DNA of 64,000 nt from Dehalococcoidia bacterium (GTDB lineage Bacteria > Chloroflexota > Dehalococcoidia > Lucifugimonadales > VXLM01), in assembly GCA_965220255.1 (NCBI GenBank), contig OZ244816.1, positions 854,083-918,082 of the forward strand, read 5' to 3'. Position numbers and translations under genes: made by a program. The notes under the pieces were generated by a model. The model was not told the DNA's origin. It saw only the letters and a program-made list of their open reading frames with translations, and ran no database searches. Each line of letters opens with the position of its first letter. Within the stretch, counting starts at the first letter, position 1. This document shows, in pieces, positions 59,507 to 64,000 of this stretch.

Positions 59507-60703
59507 TCAGTCGAAGAAGCGGACGAATACCTCGTTGCTCAGGAACCTGCCCTTGTCGGTCAGGCGTATGCTCCCTTTGGCCACCTCTACGAGTCCGGTG
59601 GGTTGAAGCTCGCCCAACTCCTCTCGATAGACCTCCAACGGGGATTCTCCAAAGCGGGTCTCGAATTCCGTGATGGATACTCCGGTATCAAGTCGCAGTC
59701 CGAGCATCATCGTCTCGGCCATTTCGAGTGATCCATCAATGTACTCGACGGTGTCTACCACGGGTACCTGCCTGATGGCGGCTTGGGCCTCGTCACGGGA
59801 CCCGCTTATAGGGATCGGAGAGCCGGAATGTTCTTGCAGCCTCCTGACGTACTCGCGCGGGGGCTTGAGGTTCGAGAATCGGTGGTTGGCGAGAGAGGAG
59901 TGCGCCCCAGGCCCCACGCCCAAGTACGGCTCATTGCGCCAATAGACGATGTTGTGCAGGCCCAGCTTGCCGTCCGCCGCCCAGTTGGATATCTCGTAGT
60001 GACGGTAGCCAAAGTCTCCAAGCTGCTGCTCGGCCGCCGCGTACATGTCCGCGGCGAGGTCGGGATCGGGCATGGGCAGCGTCCCCTGTGAAACGGAATG
60101 CTCCATCGGCGTGCCGCCTTCGAGCGTCAAAGCGTAGAGGGACACGTGCGGCGGTTTGAGGTCAGCCGTTCTCGCAAGCGTCTCCCGCCAGTGATCAATG
60201 GTCTGGTGAGGCAGGCCGTACATCAGGTCGATGCTGACGTTGTCGAACCCGGCATCTAGCGCCATGCGATACGCCTCGACGGCGTCCGCCGCAGTGTGGC
60301 GTCGACCCAGCAGCGTGAGCAGGCCATCGTCGAAACTCTGAACTCCGATGCTGAGCCTGTTGATACCGGATTCGAGGAAATTACTCAGCTTGTCAGGGGT
60401 AAAGTCTCCCGGATTGGCCTCTAGGGTGACCTCCGCGTCCTCCGTGAAGGGAAACGACTCGGAGATAGTCGCCATCAGCGCCGAGATGTCACCGGTCGGC
60501 AAGTAGGAGGGCGTGCCGCCGCCGAAGAAGACGGTGCGAACGGGGGGATTGCCGAGCATACCGCCCCACAGCTCGATCTCAGTCCTCAGCGCGGACACGT
60601 AGTCGGGTATGAGCGACTCGATCTTGGCGTACGTGTTGAAGTCGCAGTACGGGCACTTCGTATCGCAGAAGGGAATGTGGACGTAGAGGGCTATGGGCTG
60701 CAT
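59507..60703 (-). CDS. hemW: Radical SAM heme chaperone HemW
   Basis: LYVHIPFCDTKCPYCDFN, GGGTPS, YEISN, HNIVYW; alternative start at 60742. Confidence 0.92.
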   Translation of the reverse strand: MQPIALYVHIPFCDTKCPYCDFNTYAKIESLIPDYVSALRTEIELWGGMLGNPPVRTVFFGGGTPSYLPTGDISALMATISESFPFTEDAEVTLEANPGDFTPDKLSNFLESGINRLSIGVQSFDDGLLTLLGRRHTAADAVEAYRMALDAGFDNVSIDLMYGLPHQTIDHWRETLARTADLKPPHVSLYALTLEGGTPMEHSVSQGTLPMPDPDLAADMYAAAEQQLGDFGYRHYEISNWAADGKLGLHNIVYWRNEPYLGVGPGAHSSLANHRFSNLKPPREYVRRLQEHSGSPIPISGSRDEAQAAIRQVPVVDTVEYIDGSLEMAETMMLGLRLDTGVSITEFETRFGESPLEVYREELGELQPTGLVEVAKGSIRLTDKGRFLSNEVFVRFFD

Positions 60704-60772
60704 GAGGTCGCGGTCATTTGGTGTTCCGTTTCGCAAGTTCATCGAATAAGTGCGACAACAATCGACGCCCAT

Positions 60773-60880
60773 CCGTCATTCCCGCGAAAGCGGGAATCTA
60801 TTCCCCGTAGAAAGTATATGTGTCCCCAACTCTGGATTCCCGCTTTCGCGGGAATGACGGGAAATGTCAACACAGCCTAG
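60773..60880. repeat. Inverted REP doublet + GAAATGTCAACACAGCCTAG tail
   Basis: Perfect 26-bp arms 60773-60798 and 60835-60860 with a 36-bp spacer. Confidence 0.9.
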
Positions 60881-61275
60881 AACAATTTGGGCTGGTAGTA
60901 CTTCCCGTCGTTCGTAGTGTTGTGCTTCGGGTTCCTCCCAAGTTGGCGACGATGAGAACCGAGTTTAGCAGCCTCGACGCGTTCAGCGGACTTCCGGGGT
61001 ATAGCCTTCGTCTGGACTACCAGCTTGTCTCCGCGTCCGAGCTTTCCCGTCTTCTTGTGCTCGGCCGCTCGCCGTGACGGATTATTCGTGGTGCCAATAT
61101 ACTTCGTGGTGCCCTTGCGGCTCTTGATCGCATACTGGACCGTCTTCCCGGATTTGATCTGCCCCTTAGGCCGAGTGCTACTACGCCTGCTTGAACTTCG
61201 CCGCGCGCTACTTCTGCTTCCAGAGATCCGTCGAGACCCGCCTCTGTAGCCTCCTCTCCCAAAGCTTCTAGCCAT
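60877..61275 (-). CDS. GIY-YIG nuclease-like protein with an Arg/Ser/Gly-rich N-terminus
   Basis: VQYAI…KYIGTTNNPSRRAAEH…AERVE…PKHN; SD AAAGGAG. Confidence 0.75.
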   Translation of the reverse strand: MARSFGRGGYRGGSRRISGSRSSARRSSSRRSSTRPKGQIKSGKTVQYAIKSRKGTTKYIGTTNNPSRRAAEHKKTGKLGRGDKLVVQTKAIPRKSAERVEAAKLGSHRRQLGRNPKHNTTNDGKYYQPKLF

Positions 61276-61395
61276 GGTCAAACTCCTTTCGGCCCATATC
61301 TGCGTGAACATCTCGATATCAAGTTCGGGTCATTATAGGGTCAACGAAAACGCAGTAAAACCCGACGGAAAACGGCCTGCCGTCTCAATCGTCCA

Positions 61396-62487
61396 TCACA
61401 GATTAAACAGCACGTGCATAATCTCGCCGTCCTGCACGACGTAGTCCTTCCCCTCCTGGCGGAGGATGCCGCGTTTCCGTGCCTCGGCGAAGCCGCCGCA
61501 CTCGACCAAGTCATCGAACGGCACGACCTCCGCGCGGATGAAGCCCTGCTCGAAGTCGGTGTGTATCTTCCCTGCCGCCCTCGATGCCGTCGTGCCCTCC
61601 CGGATCTCCCACGCGCGCACCTCGTCGTCTCCGATGGTCAGGAAGGTGATCAGTCCAGCGACGTCGTACGAGAGCCGGATGATCCTGTTCATCCCCGACT
61701 CTCCCGCGCCAACCGCCTCCCTGAACTCGGCTTCGTCCGCCGCGTCCATCTGCGCGAGGTCCATCTCCAGTTTGCCGCATAGGGCAGCGGCTCGGACGGA
61801 CGGTCCTTGAACCGTCTCGTCAAGCCGTTCTTCGAGCTCGACTGCCTCATCGAGATCGCTCTCGTCGATGTTGAGCAGGACGATGAGAGGCTTCGCCGTA
61901 AGGAACTGGAACCCGCGAAGGCGCTGGGCCTCCTCGGTCGTGAACTGCTGGTCGCGGATGGGCGTCTCTGCTTCGAGATGCCCCTTGATGCTCCCTAGCA
62001 GATCGCGCTCCTTCTGTATGGCGTCGCGCTCGGATGCCTTCGCGCCCTTGGAGCTGTCGTCCAGTCGCTGAAGACGGCGCTCAAGGATTTCGAGGTCCGA
62101 GAAGAGAAGTTCCAGCATCATGTTTTCGACATCTCGGAAGGGATCGACCGAGCCGTCAACGTGGAGCACGGCCTCGTCCTTGAAGGCCCGTGCAACGATG
62201 AGCAGCGCGTCGACCCGCTGCAGGTCGTTCAGGTACTGGCCCGATATCCCTCGTATCCTGCCGGAAGGGCTTGCCGGAGGTGGTATGTCGACGTAGCTCA
62301 CCGTCGCAGGCACCCGTTTGCGGGGTTCGTACAGGTCAGCGAGGCGGTCCAGGCGTGCGTCCGGCACGGCAGCGACGCCGACATTCGGCGCTCCACCATA
62401 CGACGCCACATCCGCCCGCCCGCCCGTCAAAGCGTTGAACACGGTGGTCTTCCCGCTCCCGGGCAGACCTATGATGCCGATTTCCAT
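61396..62487 (-). CDS. ychF: Redox-regulated ATPase YchF
   Basis: GIIGLPGSGKTT, LTAKP, AAGKIHTDFEQGFIRAEV, EGKDYVVQDG. Confidence 0.95.
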   Translation of the reverse strand: MEIGIIGLPGSGKTTVFNALTGGRADVASYGGAPNVGVAAVPDARLDRLADLYEPRKRVPATVSYVDIPPPASPSGRIRGISGQYLNDLQRVDALLIVARAFKDEAVLHVDGSVDPFRDVENMMLELLFSDLEILERRLQRLDDSSKGAKASERDAIQKERDLLGSIKGHLEAETPIRDQQFTTEEAQRLRGFQFLTAKPLIVLLNIDESDLDEAVELEERLDETVQGPSVRAAALCGKLEMDLAQMDAADEAEFREAVGAGESGMNRIIRLSYDVAGLITFLTIGDDEVRAWEIREGTTASRAAGKIHTDFEQGFIRAEVVPFDDLVECGGFAEARKRGILRQEGKDYVVQDGEIMHVLFNL

Positions 62488-62538
62488 GGGTGTGTTTCTC
62501 TGTGGAGAATGGCAGGAGGCGCCGGTGACTCGGAAGAA

Positions 62539-62916
62539 CTATCTCTGGGAATCGCCCTTCGGAGCGTCCTCGTCCTCGACGTGGCGATACTGGCCTTCGA
62601 TGACCTTCTCCCGTGGTTGGCCGGCGCCGGCTTCCGTGGGAGAGTCGGCGGGACGTCCGGTGAGATATTCATTCAGGACGCTGCGGGGGGTCATCAGCAG
62701 GAATGAGGCTAGAGCAACGAGGATGACGATGAGGTCGTCGGTATGCCCCAGGATCGGGAAGAGGTCGGGCAGAAGGTCGATGGGCAGGACAAGGTAGATG
62801 ACGGCGACCGGTATGATCAGCTTCAGGCGAAGGGGCACTCGCCGGTCGAGCATCAGCCTGAAGACCAGACCGGGAATCCTGGTAAGCATCAACACGCGTA
62901 GAATCGGCATTGCCAT
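62539..62916 (-). CDS. YkvA/DUF1232 membrane protein
   Basis: YLVLPIDLLPDLFPILGHTDD. Confidence 0.85.
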   Translation of the reverse strand: MAMPILRVLMLTRIPGLVFRLMLDRRVPLRLKLIIPVAVIYLVLPIDLLPDLFPILGHTDDLIVILVALASFLLMTPRSVLNEYLTGRPADSPTEAGAGQPREKVIEGQYRHVEDEDAPKGDSQR

Positions 62917-63260
62917 GAGTCCGCGCTCCTTACCGTTACGATACCATAACACTGGCCGTGGAGGCCTCATGCCGTGTCATAGACTCCCACCCAATTTGAC
63001 CACCAAGAACGCTTGGCCTACGATGACCATGTCGCACGAGCGGACGCCGGAAAACGCGATCGGACCCACGAATCCGTATGAGACAATCTGCGAACTACTG
63101 CAAGAGATTCGGCCCCAGAGGAATTCTTCTCAAACCGTCTCATCCGCCCGTCGTCTGTCGGATGCGTTTGCCCGAAACAGCTTCAACACGGCCCTCCGGC
63201 ACGAGCGAAAAGGAGCGAGACATATTGAGAACAAGAGAAACTAGCGGGGAAATAACGGCG

Positions 63261-63350
63261 TCTCAGACCATCTCATTTTCTCAAATGATCTCATCGCCTC
63301 AGACCATCCCACTTTCTCAAACGCTCTCATCGTCTCAAACCGTCTCACGC
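63261..63350. repeat. Five tandem 18-bp units (TCTCAnnnnnTCTCAnnn)
   Basis: Units start at 63261, 63279, 63297, 63315, 63333; a lone copy lies at 63128-63145. Confidence 0.8.
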
Positions 63351-63377
63351 CTGAAGGAGGCTTCGCGCCAACACTCT

Positions 63378-63432
63378 CCGTCATTCCCGCGAAAGAAATT
63401 CGGCCCGTACCGGGATCCAAGACGGGAATCCA
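63378..63432 (+). repeat. REP with a 27-bp insert (63396-63422)
   Basis: ccgtcattcccgcgaaag[aaattcggcccgtaccgggatccaaga]cgggaatcca. Confidence 0.8.
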
Positions 63433-63493
63433 CTTGGTTCACGTGGCGAGAGAACGTCGGCATCACAATACATCAGCCATCGACGAGGCCTGA

Positions 63494-64000
63494 ATGATCT
63501 ATTCGCTGTCGGGCGACGACGATTTCACGATCCGCGAGACCCTCGCCGGACTCAAGGAAGGCGTCGGCACACCGGACGTGCGCGACGTGAATATCGTCAT
63601 GCTCGACGCGAACGTGTCCCTTGACGAGTTCACCGCAAACGCCTCCACGGTGCCCTTCCTGGCCGACAAGCGGCTCGTGATGGTCGAAGGGCTGCTGGGC
63701 AAGTTCGAGCGAGGCGCAGGTCGACGTTCCGGCTCCGGCGCCAACGGCAGGAAGGAGCTTTCGGAGTGGGAGCGCCTTCCCATTGTCCTGGCGAACGTGC
63801 CCGAGACGACGGACGTGGTATTTGTCGACGGGCGCCTGGGCGCCTCGAACCCGCTGCTCAAGCTGATTCAGGAACGGGTCACGACAAAGACCTTCAATCC
63901 TCCCGGTCCACGGGAGCTTCAGATGTGGATCGCCGACCGCGCGCGGAGCGAGGGAGCCGAGATCGACGGTCGGGCCGTGCAGCTGCTGGCTGAGACCATC
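63494..64000 (+). CDS. holA: DNA polymerase III delta subunit (runs off the window)
   Basis: MIYSLSGDDDF…TVPFLADKRLVMVEG…WI…IDGRAVQLLAETI. Confidence 0.88.
   Translation, partial: MIYSLSGDDDFTIRETLAGLKEGVGTPDVRDVNIVMLDANVSLDEFTANASTVPFLADKRLVMVEGLLGKFERGAGRRSGSGANGRKELSEWERLPIVLANVPETTDVVFVDGRLGASNPLLKLIQERVTTKTFNPPGPRELQMWIADRARSEGAEIDGRAVQLLAETI

Noticed and set aside
63078-63497. 139-aa and neighbouring ORFs across the 18-bp array
   Set aside because: They run through repeat and REP DNA with no SD or recognisable domain.

Overview
A 64-kb GC-rich bacterial chromosome segment. Gene content suggests Chloroflexota (Dehalococcoidia/SAR202-like), possibly a sponge or other animal symbiont; this is inference. 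The first 21 kb is an accessory surface-protein island: amtB, a cadherin-like/plant-type LRR protein with a near-perfect 2.15-kb internal duplication, a 3046-aa FN3/cadherin/Calx-beta/PT-repeat protein, two divergent MarR regulators, an RCC1-repeat fragment and a DUF4209-like gene. The rest is mostly housekeeping: thyX, two ECF sigma/anti-sigma pairs, an LprG/P55-like operon, two pilins, two GT2 enzymes, two toxin-antitoxin modules, tRNA-Gly(CCC), korAB, an intact ISAs1, ilvE, ccmCDE, selB, hemW, ychF and partial holA. The strongest unexplained signal is intergenic: a nested set of CGTC-type REP hairpins. These are carried inside several MITE-like shells, are targeted at the loop by a MITE (4-bp TSD) and by a ~27-bp mini-cassette, show a flipped 36-bp spacer between two copies, and twice abut GIY-YIG nuclease genes. 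Other highlights are a candidate anti-Shine-Dalgarno sRNA, a double-uORF attenuator before korAB, a 22-mer-repeat/YihY fusion, an NCS2-GHKL fusion and two very small proteins.
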